From the human T2T-CHM13v2.0 reference genome, Homo sapiens: a stretch of DNA of 64,000 nucleotides. This document shows positions 29,001 through 44,334 of the stretch, in pieces (position 1 is the stretch's first letter; each line of letters begins with the position of its first letter). The position numbers and the translations under genes were made by a program. Below the pieces are notes generated by a model. It was given only the letters and a program-made list of their open reading frames with translations. It searched no databases and was not told where the DNA came from. Where the stretch lies: assembly GCF_009914755.1 (NCBI RefSeq), contig NC_060940.1; one strand, given 5' to 3'.

Positions 29001-32000
29001 GTCCATTCGATGATTCCATTCGATTTCATTCAACGATGATTTGATTCGTGTCCATTCGATGATTCCATTTGATTCCACTTGATGATGATTCCATTCGAGT
29101 CCATTTGATGATTCCATTCAATTCCATTCTCCGATGACTTCTTTTGAGCCCATTCAATGCTTCCACTCGATTCCATATGATGATGACTCCATTCGATGAA
29201 ATTCGATGATGATTCCATTCGCTTGCATTCGATGATGATTCCACTTGAGTCCACTAGAAGATTCTATTCAATTACATTCCAAGACGATTCCGTTCGAGTC
29301 CATTTGATGATTCCATTAGACTCCATTCGACGATGATTCCATTCGAGGTTATTCGATGATTCCATTCGATCTCATTCGATGATGATTCCATTCAACTCCA
29401 TTCGATGTTTCCATTCGAGTTCATTCTATTATTCCATTAGATTCCATTCGATGATGATTCCATTCGATTCCATTTGATGATTGCATTCTATTTCATTTGA
29501 TGATGATTCCATTCGAGTCCACTCGATGATTCCATTCGAGTCCACTCGATGATTCCATTCGAGTCCATTTAATGAATATATTGGTTTCAATTCTATGATG
29601 ATTACATTGGATTACATTCGTTGATGATTTCATTCGGTTCCATTCAATGATGATTCCATTCAATTCCTTTCAATGTTTCCATTCAATTCCATACGATGAT
29701 GATTCCATTTGATTTGATTCGACAGTGGGCCATTCGATTCAATTCCATGATGATTCTATTTGATTCAATTGGTTGACATTTCCATTCGATTCCATTCGAT
29801 GATGATTCCCTTTGATTCCGTTCAAAGATGATTCCATTCTAGCCCATTCAATCATTCCATTCGATTCTATTCAATGATGATTCCATTCATGTCGATTTGG
29901 TGATTCCATTTGACTTCATTTGATGATGATTCCTTTCAAGTTCATTAGATGATTCCATTCGATTCCATTTGATGATGATCCCATTCGAGTCCATTCAGTG
30001 ATTCCACTCGTTTCCATTCCATGATGATTCCATTCCATTCCATTCAATGATTCCATTCGATTCCGTTTGATGATGATTTCATTCGAGTCCATTTGATGAT
30101 TCCATTTCATTCCATTCGATGATGATTCCATTCGAGTCCATTTGATGATTCTATTCGAATCCATTTGATGATTTCTTTTGATTATAGTTGGTGATGATTC
30201 CATTGGAGTCCATTCAATGATTCCATTCTATTCCAATCGATGATGATTCCATTAGAGTCCATTTAATGATTCCATTTGATTCCAGTCTCTGATGATTACA
30301 TTCGAGTCCATACGATGATTCCACTCAATTCCATATGATGATGATTCCATTCGATTCCATTCGATGATTCCATTCTATTCTATTCAATGGTGATTCCATT
30401 CGATTCCATTCAATGATGATTCTATTTGTGTCCCTTAGATGATTCCACATGATTCCATTAGATGATGATACTATTTGAGCCCATCCAATGATTCCCTTCG
30501 ATTCCATTCGATGAGGATTCCATTCGATTCAGTTCATTGGTGATTCTATTCAATTCAATTCTTTGATTCCATTCCATTCCATTCGACAATGATTCCATTC
30601 GATTTCTTTCGATGATTCCACTCGATTCCACTTGACATTGATTCCCTTCGATTCCATTCAATGATTCCATTTGATTCCAGTGGATGATGATTGCCATCGA
30701 TTCCATTCGATCACTCCATTCTATTCCATTTGATGATGATTACATTCGATTCCATTTGACGATTCCATCTGATTCTATTCGAGGATTCCATTTGATTCCA
30801 TTCGATGATGATTCCATTCGAGTCCATTCGATGATTTCATTCGAGTACATCCAATGATTCCTTTCGAGTCCATTTGATGATTCCATTTGATTCCATTTGA
30901 TAATGATTCTACTAGAGGCCATTCAATGACTCCATTGGAGTCCATTCAACAATTCCATTCGACTCCATTTGATGATTCCATTCGATTCCATTTGATGATT
31001 CCATTCGAGTCCATTTAATCATTACAGTCGAGTCCATTTGGTGATTCCACCGGATTTCTTTTGATAATGATACCATTCAATTACATTTGATGATGATCCC
31101 ATTCAATTTCATTTGATGGTGATTCCATTAGAGTCCATTCGATGATTTCATTCGAGTCCCTTCATTGATTCCATCCGATTTCATTGGATGATGACTCCAT
31201 TCGAGTCCATTCGATGATTCCACTCGATTCCATTAGATGATTCCATTGGAGTCCATTTGATTGTTCCATTCGATTCCATTCGATTTCTTTCGAAGATTAT
31301 TCCATTTGAGTCCATTCGATGATGATTCCATTTCATTCCATTCGATGATTCCGTTTGATTCCATTCGATGATTCCCTTCGATTCCTTTCTTTGATGATTC
31401 CATTCCATTCCATTCAATGATTCCATTCGAATCTATTCCATGATGATTCCTTTCGATTCCATTCGCTGATGTTTCCTTTCAATTCCATTCGATGATGATT
31501 CCATTCGATTCCATTCATTGAGGATTCCATTTGATTCCATTCAATGATGATTCCGTTCTATTCCATTCAATGATTGCATTCAATTCCATTCAATGATTAT
31601 CCCCTTAGAGTAAACTCAACGATTCCATTCAATACCATTCGATGGTGTTTCCTTTTGAGTCCATTCAATGATTTCATTCAAGTCCATTTGATGATTCCTT
31701 TCAATTCCATTCTATGATGATTCCATTCGAGTCCATTCGATGATTCCATTCGATTGCATTCGATGATTCCATTATATTCCAGTCAACGATGATTCCATTC
31801 GAGTCCATTCCATGATTCCATTAGAGTACATTTAATGATTGCTTTGTTTTCAATTCGAAGATGATTACATTGGATTCCATTCTATGATACCATTCGATTC
31901 CATTCAATGATGATTCCACTCAAATCCATTGGATGATTCCATTCGTGTCCATTCGGTGATTTCATTAGATTCCATTCGAGGATGATTCCATTCGATTCCA

Positions 32001-32562
32001 TTCGATGATTCCATTCAATTCCATTCGATGATGATTCCATTCCAGTCCATATGATCATTCCATTTGATTTCATTCGATGATGATTCCATTCGATTCCATT
32101 CGATGATTCCATTCTATTCCATTCGATGATGATTCCATTCGAGTCCATTCGATGATTCCATTCGAGTCCATTTAATGATTCCATTGGGTTCAATTCAATG
32201 ATGATTACATTGGATTCCGTTCTATGATTCCATTCAATTCCTTTCATTGACAATTTGATTCCATTCGATGATGATTCAATTTGAGTTCATTCGATGATTC
32301 TATTCGATTCTCTTCGATGGTGATTCAATTCTATTATATTGGATGATTCCATTCGATTCCATTTGATGTTGATTCAATTCGATTCTATTCGATGATGATT
32401 CCATTGGATTTCACTTGATGATTCTATTCGATTCCATTCAATGATGATTCACTTCTCGTCCATTGGATGATTCCATTTCATTCCATTCGATGATGATTTC
32501 CTTCGATTCCATGCGACGGTGAGCAATTCGATTCAATTCCATGATGATTCTATTTGATTCAA

Positions 32563-35500
32563 TTAGATGATGTTTCCATTCGAATCCATTCCATGATTAT
32601 TCCATTGGATTCCATTTGGCGATGATTCCATATGAGTCAATTCAATGATGATTCCATATGGGTCCGTTCGATGATAATTCCATTTGATTTCATTCAATGC
32701 TTCTATTCTATTCCAGTCAATGATGATTCCGTTGGAGTCCATACGATGATTCCATTTGATTTCATTTGATGATGATTCCATTCGATGATGATTACATTGG
32801 ATTCCATTCTATGATTCCATTCAATTCCATTCGTTGATGATTCGATTCCATTCAATGATGATTCCATTTGAGTTCATTCGATGATTCTATTCGATTCCGT
32901 TCGATGGTGATTCAATTCTATTATATTGGATGATTCCACTCGATTCCATTTGATGATTATTCCATTGGAGTCCACTTAGTGAATCCTTTAGATTCTACTC
33001 GAAGATGATTCCATTCGAGTCCATTCAATGATACCATTCAATTTCATTCGTTGATGCTTCCATTCAAGTGCATTCGATGATATCATTCGATTCCATTTGA
33101 TGATAATTCCATTTGATTCCATGCGATGATTCTATTCGATTCCATTCAATGATAATTCCATTCAATTCAGTGATTCCTCTGGACTCCATTTGATGATGAT
33201 ACCATTCAATGATTCCATTCGATTCTATTCCAAAATGATTCCATTTGAATCCATTTGATGATGATTCCATTAGATTCCATTTGATGATTCCATTCGATTG
33301 CATTTGACGATGATTCCATTCGATTCCATTTGATGATTCCATTCTATTCTATTCGATGATGATTCCATTCGATTCCATTTGATGATGATTGGATTCGATT
33401 CCATTTGATGATTTCATTTGATTCCATTCGTTAATGATTTCGATCAACTCCATTCGATGATTCCATTTGATTCCATTCGATAATGATTACATCCGAGTCC
33501 ATTCGATGATTCCATTTGAGCCCGTTCGATAATTCCATTTGAGTCCAATCAATGATTCCATTCATTTCCATTCAATGATTCCATTCGAGTCCATTTGATC
33601 ATTCCGGTAGGGTCCATTCGATGTTGATTCCATTGGAGTGCATTCGATGATTCCATTCGAGTCCATTTTATGATTTGATTCGAGTCCTTTCGATGATTCC
33701 ATTCGATTCCACTCGATGATGATTTCATTCGAGTCCATTCGACACTTCCAATCGATTCCATTTGATGTTTCCATTCGAGTCCAATTGATGATTCCATTCA
33801 ATTCCATTCGATGATGATTCCGTACGATTCCATTCTGTGATGATTCCATGTGATTGCATTCAATGATGATTCCTTTCGACTGCATTTGATTATGATTCAT
33901 TTCGTGTTCATTCTATGGTTCCACAGGTTTCCATTCGATGACGTTTCCGTTCGTGTCCATTCCATTATTCCATTCTATTTCATTTGATGATGATTCCATT
34001 CGATTCCATTCATTGGTGATTCCACTCAATTCCATTCAATGATTCCATTCCATTTCTTTCAACAATGATTCCATTACTTTCTATTCGATGATCCACTTGA
34101 TTCCATTTGGCGATGATTCCATTCGTGTCCATTCGATGATTCCATTTGATTCCATATGATGATGATTCCATTCGATTCCATACCATGATGATTCCATTCG
34201 AGTCCATTCAATGGTGATTCCATTCAATTCCATTCGATGATTCCTTCCGATTCCATTCGATGATGATGGCATTCGATTCCTTTCAATCATTCCCTTTGAT
34301 TCCATTCAAAGGTGATTTCATTCAAGTCCATTCGATAATTGCATTCGATTCCATTCTATGATGATTCCATTCGAGTCCATTTGATGATTCCATTCAATTC
34401 AAGTCAATGATGATTCCATTTAATTCCACTCGATGATTCCATTGGATTCAATTCGATGATGATTCCATTCAAATCCATTCGATAATTCAATTCAAGTCCA
34501 TTCGATGATGATTCCAATCGAATCCATTCAAAGATTCCATTCAATTCCATTCGATGATGATTCCCTTAGATTCCATTCGATGATTCCACTTGATTCCATT
34601 TACGATGATTCCATTCGATTCCATGTGATGAATCCATTCAATTCTATTCAATGATGTTTCCATTTGATTCCATTGGACCATGATTGCCTTTGATTCCATT
34701 CAATGATTCCATTCGGTTCCATTTGATGATGATTCCGTTCGATTCCATTTCATTATTCCATTTGATTCCATTGGATGAGTCCATTCGATTACATTCGATG
34801 ATTATTCCATTCGAGTGCATTAGATGATTGCATTCGAGTCCATTCGATGATTCCATTCGATTCCATTCGATGTTGATTCTGTTCAAATCCATTCGATGAT
34901 TCCACTCGATTCCATTCGATGACTCCATTTGATCCCATTCGATGATTTCCTGTGATTCCCTTTGATGATCATTCTATTTGATTCAATTCGGTGATTTCAT
35001 TTCATTCCATTCAGTGATGTTTCCATTCGACTGTATTCGATGATGATTCCATTCGACTCCATTCGATTATGATTTCATTCAATTCCATTCAATAATGATT
35101 CCCTTCGAGTCCATTCGATGATTCCATTCGATTCCATTCAACGATGATTTGATTCGTTTCCATTCGATGATTCCATTTGATTCCACTTGATGATGATTCC
35201 ATTCGAGTCCATTTGATGATTCCATTCGAGTCTATTTATGTATTATATTCGTGTCCACTTCATGATTCCATTCAATTCCATTTAATGTTGATTCCATTTG
35301 ATTCCATTTGATGATTCAGTTCGATTCCTTGCAATGATTCCCTACGATTCCTTTCTCTGATGATTCCATTCGATTCCATTCATTGATGATTTCATTCGAC
35401 TCCATTCGATGATGATTCCTTTCGATTCCATTTGACGATGTTTCCATTCGAGTCCATTCGATGATGATTCTATTCAATTCTGTTCTATTATGATTCCATT

Positions 35501-38500
35501 CGATTTCATTCAATGCTTCTATTTGATTCCATTCGATGATGATTCCATCTCTTTCCCTTCGATGATTCCATTTGATTCCATTCAGTGATGATTCCATTTG
35601 ATTCCATCTGATGATGATTTCACTTGATTCCTTTCAATGATGATTCAATTCAAGTCCATTCGATGATTCCATTGGAGTCCAAACGATCATTCCGTTCGAT
35701 TCCATTCAATGGTGATTCCATTCATGTCCATTCGATGAATCCATTCAATTCCATTCGATGATGACTCCATTCGAGTACATTCGATGATTCCATTTGATTC
35801 CATTTGAAGATGATTCCATTCAATTCCATTCGAAGATGATTCCATTCAATTCCATTCGATGATGATTCCGTATGAATCCATTCTCTGATTATTCCATTCG
35901 ATTCCATTCATTGACGATTCCATTCAATTCCATTCAATGATGATTCTCTTCTATTCCATTCGATGATTCCGGTCGATTCCATTCGATGATGATTCCATTA
36001 GATTCCATTCGATTGTTGCATTCGATTCCCTTCGATGATGATTCCTTTGAATTCCATTCGATTATCATTCCGTATGAATCCATTTGATGATTATTCCATT
36101 GGATTCCTTTCGATGATGATTCCATTCGATTCCATTTGATGATGTTTCTCTTGTATTCCATTGGATAATTCCTTTCAGTTCCCTTCGATGATTATTCTTT
36201 CCAGTCAATTCGATGATTCTATTCCATTCCCTTCGATGATGATTCCATTTCACTCCATTTGATGATTCCATTCGACTCAATTTGGGGATGATTCAATTCG
36301 ATGACATTCGATGACTCCATTCAATTTCATTTGATGATGATTACATTCGAGTCCATTTGATGATTGTATTCCTTTCCTTTTGATGATTATTCCATTCGTG
36401 TCTATTCAAAGGTTCCATTCTATTCCATTCAATGATGATTGCATTTGATTCCATTCAATGATTATGGCTATCGATTCCACTCGTTGATTCCATTTGATTC
36501 CGTTCGATGATTATTCCGTTAGATTCCATTAGAAGATTCCATTCGATTTTATTCAATGATTCCAATGGATTCCATTCAATGATGATTCCATTCGACTCCA
36601 TTCAGTGATTCCATTCGAGTCCATTTGATGATTCCATTCTTTTCCATTTGATGATGATTCCATTAGGGTCCATTCAATGATTCCATTCGAGTCCATTCGT
36701 TAATGCCTTTCGAGTCCTTTTGATCACTACATTCGAGTCCATTCAATGATTCTATTCGATTCCATTCCATGATGATTCCATTCGAGTTCATTCGATGATT
36801 GCATTCGAGTCCATTTGATGATTCCATATGATTCCATTCGACAATGATTCCATTCGTGTCCATTTGATGATTCCATTCATTTCCTATCGATGAAGATTCC
36901 ATTCAAGTGTATTCGATGATTCCATTCAAATCCATTCGATGATGATTCCATTCCAGTCCATTCGATCATTCCACTTGATTCCATTTGATGACTATTCCAT
37001 TCAAATCCATTTGATGATTCCATTCGATTCCATTCGATGTTACCATTCGAGTATATACGATGATTCCACTCGATTCCATTTGATGATTATTCCATTGGAG
37101 TCCACTTAGTGAATCCTTTAGATTCTACTGGAAGATGATTCCATTCGAGTCCATTCGATGATACCATTCAATTCCATTCGTTGATGCTTCCATTCAAGTG
37201 CATTCGATGATATCATTCGATTCCATTTGATGATAATTCCATTTGATTCCATGCGATGATTCTATTCGATTCCATTCAATGATAATTCCATTCAATTCAG
37301 TGATTCCTCTGGACTCCATTTGATGATGATTCCATTCAATGATTCCATTCGATTATATTCGAAAATGATTCCATTTGAATCCATTTGATGATGATTCCAT
37401 TGGATTCCATTTGATGATTCCATTCGATTCCATTCGATGATGATTCCATTCGATTCCTTTTGATGAATCCATTCTATTGTATTCGATGATGATTCCATTC
37501 GATTCCATTCGATGATGATTGGATTCGATTCCATTTGATGATTTCATTTGATTCCATTCGATAAGGATTTCGATCAATTCCATTCAATGATTCCATTCGA
37601 TTCCATTCGATAATGATTACATCCGAGTCCATTCGATGATTCCATTTGAGCCCGTTCGATAATTCCATTTGAGTCCAATCAATGATTCCATTCATTTCCA
37701 TTCAATGATTCCATTCGAGTCCATTTGATCATTCCGGTAGGGTCCGTTCGATGTTGATTCCATTGGAGTGCATTCGATGATTCCATTCGAGTCCATTTTA
37801 TGATTTGATTCGAGTCCTTTCGATGATTCCATTCGATTCCACTCGATGATTTCATTCGAGTCCATTCGACACTTCCAATCGATTCCATTTGATGTTTCCA
37901 TTCGATTCCAATTGATGATTCCATTCAATTCCATTCGATGATGATTCCGTACGATTCCATTCTGTGATGATTCCATGTGATTGCATTCAATGATGATTCC
38001 TTTCGATTGCATTCGATTATGATTCATTTCGTGTTCATTCTATGGTTCCACAGGTTTCCATTCGATGATGTTTCCATTCGTGTCCATTCCATTATTCCAT
38101 TCTATTCCATTTGAAGATGATTCCATTCGATTCCATTCATTGGTGATTCCACTCAATTCCATTCAATGATTCCATTCCATTTCTTTCAACAATGATTCCA
38201 TTAGTTTCTATTCGATGATCCACTTGATTCCATTTGACGATGATTCCATTCGTGTCCATTCGATGATTCCATTTGATTCCATATGATGATGATTCCATTC
38301 GATTCCATACGATGATGATTCCATTCGAGTCCATTCAATGGTGATTCCATTCAATTCCATTCGATGATTCCTTTCGATTCCATTCAATGATGATGGCATT
38401 CGATTCCTTTCGATCATTCCCTTTGATTCCATTCAAAGGTGATTTCATTCAAGTCCATTCGATAATTGCATTCGATTCCATTCTATGATGATTCCATTCG

Positions 38501-40210
38501 AGTCCATTTGATGATTCCATTCAATTCAAGTCAATGATGATTCCATTCGATTCCACTCGATGATTCCATTGGATTCCATTCGATGATGATTCCATTCAAA
38601 TCCATTCGATAATTCAATTCAAGTCCATTCGATGATGATTCCAATCGAATCCATTCAAAGATTCCACTCAATTCCATTCGATGATGATTCCCTTAGATTC
38701 CATTCGATGATTCCACTTGATTCCATTTACGATGATTCCATTCGATTCCATGTGATGATTCCATTCAATTCTATTCAATGATGTTTCCACTTGATTCCAT
38801 TCGAACATGATTGCCTTTGATTCCATTCAATGATTCCATACGGTTCCATTTGATGATGATTCCATTCGAGTCCATTCGATGATTCCATTAGAGTACATTT
38901 AATGATTGCTTTGTTTTCAATTCGAAGATGATTACATTGGATTCCATTCTATGATACCATTCGATTCCATTCAAAGATGATTCCACTCAAATCCATTGGA
39001 TGATTCCATTCGTGTCCATTCGGTGATTTCATTAGATTCCATTCGAGGATGATTCCATTCGATTCCATTCGATGATTCCATTCAATTCCATTCGATGATG
39101 ATTCCATTCCAGTCCATATGATCATTCCATTTGATTTCATTCGATGATGATTCCATTCGATTCCATTCGATGATTCCATTCAATTCCATTCTCCGATGAT
39201 TTCTTTTGAGCCCATTCAATGCTTCCACTCGATTCCATATGATGATGACTCCATTTGATGAAATTCCATGATGATTCCATTCGCTTGCATTCGATGATGA
39301 TTCCACTTGAGTCCGTTAGAAGATTCTATTCAATTACATTCCATGACGATTCTGTTCGAGTCCATTTGATGATTCCATTAGACTCCATTCGACGATGATT
39401 CCATTCGATGTTATTCGATGATGATTCCATTCAAGTCCATTCGATGTTTCCATTCGAGTTCATTCTATTATTCCATTAGATTCCATTCGATGATGATTCC
39501 ATTCGATTCCATTTGATGATTGCATTCTATTTCATTTGATGATGATTCCATTCGAGTCCATTCGATGATTCCATTCGAGTCCCTTTAATGAATCCATTGG
39601 TTTCAATTCTATGATGATTACATTGGATTCCATTCGTTGATGATTTCATTCGATTCCATTCAATGATGATTCCATTCAATTCCATTCAATGATTCCATTC
39701 AATTCCATACGATGATGATTCCATTTGATTTGATTCGACAGTGAGCCATTCGATTCAATTCCATGATGATTCTATTTGATTCAATTGGTTGACATTTCCA
39801 TTCGATTCCATTCGATGATGATTCCATTTGATTCCATTCAAAGATGATTCCATTCTAGCCCATTCAATCATTCCATTCGATTCTATTCAATGATGATTCC
39901 ATTCATGTCGATTTGGTGATTCCATTTGACTTCATTTGATGATGATTCCTTTCAAGTTCATTAGATGATTCCATTCGATTCCATTTGATGATGATCCCAT
40001 TCGAGTCCATTCAGTGATTCCACTCGTTTCCATTCCATGATGATTCCATTCCATTCCATTCAATGATTCCATTCGATTCCGTTTGATGATGATTTCATTC
40101 GAGTCCATTTGATGATTCCATTTGATTCCATTCGATGATGATTACATTCGAGTCCATACGATGATTCCACTCAATTCCATATGATGATGATTCCATTCGA
40201 TTCCATTCGA
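32563..40210 (+). repeat. Copy 1 of a near-identical ~7-8-kb block repeated at +23,471; includes a 4,127-bp variant unit (34081-38207)
   Basis: Offset 23471 for 32563/56034, 33064/56535, 34081/57552, 35316/58787, 35722/59193, 36663/60134 and 38208/61679, with shared private variants. Confidence 0.85.
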
Positions 40211-43200
40211 TGATTCCATTCTATTCTATTCAATGGTGATTCCATTCGAGTACATTAGATGATTCCATTCGATTCCATTCAATGATGATTCTATTTGTGT
40301 CCCTTAGATGGTTCCACATGATTCCATTTCATGATGATACTATTTGAGCCCATCCAATGATTCCCTTCGATTCCATTCGATGAGGATTCCATTCGATTCA
40401 ATTCATTGGTGATTCTATTCAATCCAATTCTTTGATTCCATTCCATTCCATTCGACAATGATTCCATTCGATTTCTTTCGATGATTCCACTCGATTCCAC
40501 TTGACATTGATTCCATTCGATTCCATTCAATGATTCCGTTTGATTCCAGTGGATGATGATTGCCATCGATTCCATTCGATCACTCCATTCTATTCCATTT
40601 GATGATGATTACATTCGATTCCATTTGATGATTCCATCTGATTCTATTCGAGGATTCCATTTGATTCCATTCGATGATGATTCCATTCGAGTGCATTCGA
40701 TGATTTCATTCGAGTACATCCAATGATTCCATTCGAGTCCATTTGATTTTTCCATTTAATTACATTTGATTATGATTCTACTAGAGTCCATTCAATGACT
40801 CAATTCGAATCCATTCAACAATTCCATTCGAGGCCATTCGATGATTCCATTTCATGATTCCATTCGACTCCATTTAATCATTACAGTCGAGTCCATTTGG
40901 TGATTCCACTGGATTTCTTTTGATAATGATACCATTCAATTACATTTGATGATGATCCCATTCAATTTCATTTGATGGTGATTCCATTAGAGTCCATTCG
41001 ATGATTTCATTCGAGTCCCTTCATTGATTCCATCCGATTTCATTTGATGATGACTCCATTCGAGTCCATTCGATGATTCCACTCGATTCCATTAGATGAT
41101 TCCATTGGAGTCCATTTGATTGTTCCATTCGATTCTATTCGATTCCTTTCGAAGATTATTCCATTTGAGTCCATTCGATGATGATTCCATTCCATTCCAT
41201 TCGATGATTCCGTTTGATTCCATTCGATGATTCCCTTCGATTCCTTTCTTTGATGATTCCATTCCATTCCATTCAATGATTCCATTCGAATCTATTCCAT
41301 GATGATTCCTTTCGATTCCATTCGCTGATGTTTCCGTTCAATTCCATTCGATGATGATTCCATTCGATTCCATTCATTGAGGATTCCATTTGATTCCATT
41401 CAATGATGATTCCATTCTATTCCATTCAATGATTCCATTCAATTCCATTCAATGATTATCCCCTTAGAGTAAACTCAACGATTCCATTCAATACCATTCG
41501 ATGATGATTCCTTTTGAGTCCATTCAATGATTTCATTCAAGTCCATTTGATGATTCCTTTCAATTCCATTCTATGATGATTCCATTCGAGTCCATTCGAT
41601 GATTCCATTCGATTGCATTCGATGATTCCATTATATTCCATTCAACGGTGATTCCATTCGAGTCCATTCCATGATTCCATTAGAGTACATTTAATGATTG
41701 CTTTGTTTTCAATTCGAAGATGATTACATTGGATTCCATTCTATGATACCATTCGATTCCATTCAATGATGATTCCACTCAAATCCATTGGATGATTCCA
41801 TTCGTGTCCATTCGGTGATTTCATTAGATTCCATTCGAGGATGATTCCATTCGATTCCATTCGATGATTCCATTCAATTCCATTCGAGGATGATTCCATT
41901 CCAGTCCATATGATCATTCCATTTGATTTCATTCGATGATGATTCCATTCGATTCCATTCGATGATTCCATTCTATTCCATTCGATGATGATTCCATTCG
42001 AGTCCATTCGATGATTCCATTCGAGTCCATTTAATGATTCCATTGGGTTCAATTCAATGATGATTACATTGGATTCCGTTTTATGATTCCATTCAATTCC
42101 GTTCATTGACAATTTGATTCCATTCGATGATGATTCCATTTGAGTTCATTCGATGATTCTATTTGATTCTCTTCGATGGTGATTCAATTCTATTATATTG
42201 GATGATTCCATTCGATTCCATTTGATGTTGATTCAATTCGATTCTATTCGATGGTGATTCCATTGGATTTCACTTCATGATTCTGTTCGATTCCATTCAA
42301 TGATGATTCACTTCTCGTCCATTGGATGATTCCATTTCATTCCATTCGATGATGATTCCATTCGATTCCATTCGATGATTCCATTTGATTCCATGCGTCG
42401 GTGAGCAATTCGATTCAATTCCATGATGATTCTATTTGATTCAATTAGATGATGTTTCCATTCGAATCCATTCCATGATTATTCCATTGGAATCCATTCG
42501 GCGATGATTCCATATGAGTCAATTCAATGATGATTCCATATGGGTCCGTTCGATGATAATTCCATTTGATTTCATTCGGTGCTTCTATTCAATTCCAGTC
42601 GATGATGATTCCGTTGGAGTCCATACGATGATTCCATTTGATTTCATTTGATGATGATTCCATTCGATGATGATTACATTGGATTCCATTCTATGATTCC
42701 ATTCAATTCCATTCGTTGATGATTCGATTCCATTCAATGATGATTCCATTTGAGTTCATTCGATGATTCTATTCGATTCCGTTCGATGGTGATTCAATTC
42801 TCTTATATTGGATGAATCCACTCGATTCCATTTGATGATTATTCCATTGGAGTCCACTTAGTGAATCCTTCAGATTCTACTCGAAGATGATTCCATTCAA
42901 GTCCATTCGATGATACCATTCAATTCCATTCGTTGATGCTTCCATTCAAGTGCATTCGATGATATCATTCGATTCCATTTGATGATAATTCCATGTCATT
43001 CCATGCGATGATTCTCTTCGATTCCATTCAATGATAATTCCATTCAGTTCAGTGATTCCTCTGGACTCCATTTGATGATGATTCCATTCAATGATTCCAT
43101 TCGATTCTATTCGAAAATGATTCCATTTGAATCCATTTGATGATGATTCCATTAGATTCCATTTGATGATTCCATTCGATTCCATGCGACGATGATTCCA

Positions 43201-44334
43201 TTTGATTCCATTTGATGATTCCATTCTATTGTATTCGATGATGATTCCATTCGATTCCATTCGATGATGATTGGATTTGATTCCATTTGATGATTTCATT
43301 TGATTCCATTCGTTAATGATTTCGATCAATTCCATTCGATGATTCCATTCGATTCCATTCGATAATGATTACATCCGTGTCCATTCAATGATTTCATTTG
43401 AGCCTGTTCGATAATTCCATTTGAGTCCAACCAATGATTCCATTCATTTCCATTCAATGATTCCATTCGAGTCCATTTGATCATTCCGGTAGGGTCCATT
43501 CGATGTTGATTCCATTGGAGTGCATTCGATGATTCCATTCGAGTCCATTTTATGATTTGATTCGAGTCCTTTCGATGATTCCATTCGATTCCACTCGATG
43601 ATGATTTCATTCGAGTCCATTCGACACTTCCAATCGATTCCATTTGATGTTTCCATTCGAGTCCAATTGATGATTCCATTCAATTCCATTCGATGATGAT
43701 TCCGTACGATTCCATTCTGTGATGATTCCATGTGATTGCATTCAATGATGATTCCTTTAGATTGCATTCGATTGTGATTCATTTCGTCTTCATTCTATGG
43801 TTCCACAGGTTTCCATTCGTGTCCATTCCATTATTCCATTCTATTCCATTTGATGATGATTCCATTCGATTCCATTCATTGGTGATTCCACTCAATTCCA
43901 TTCAATGATTCCATTCCATTTCTTTCAACAATGATTCCATTAGTTTCTAATCGATGATCCACTTGATTCCATTTGACGACGATTCTATTCTTGTCCATTC
44001 GATGATTCCATTTGATTCCATATCATGTTGATTCCATTCGATTCCATACGATGATGATTCCATTCGAGTCCATTCCATGGTGATTCCATTCAATTCCATT
44101 CGATGATTCCTTTCGATTCCATTCGATGATGATGGCATTCGATTCCTTTCAATCATTCCCTTTGATTCCATTCAAAGGTGATTTCATTCAAGTCCATTCG
44201 ATAATTGCATTCGATTCCATTCTATGATGATTCCATTCGAGTCCATTTGATGATTCCATTCAATTCAAGTCAATGATGATTCCATTCGATTCCATTCGAT
44301 GATTCCATTCAATTCCATTCGATGATGATTCCAT

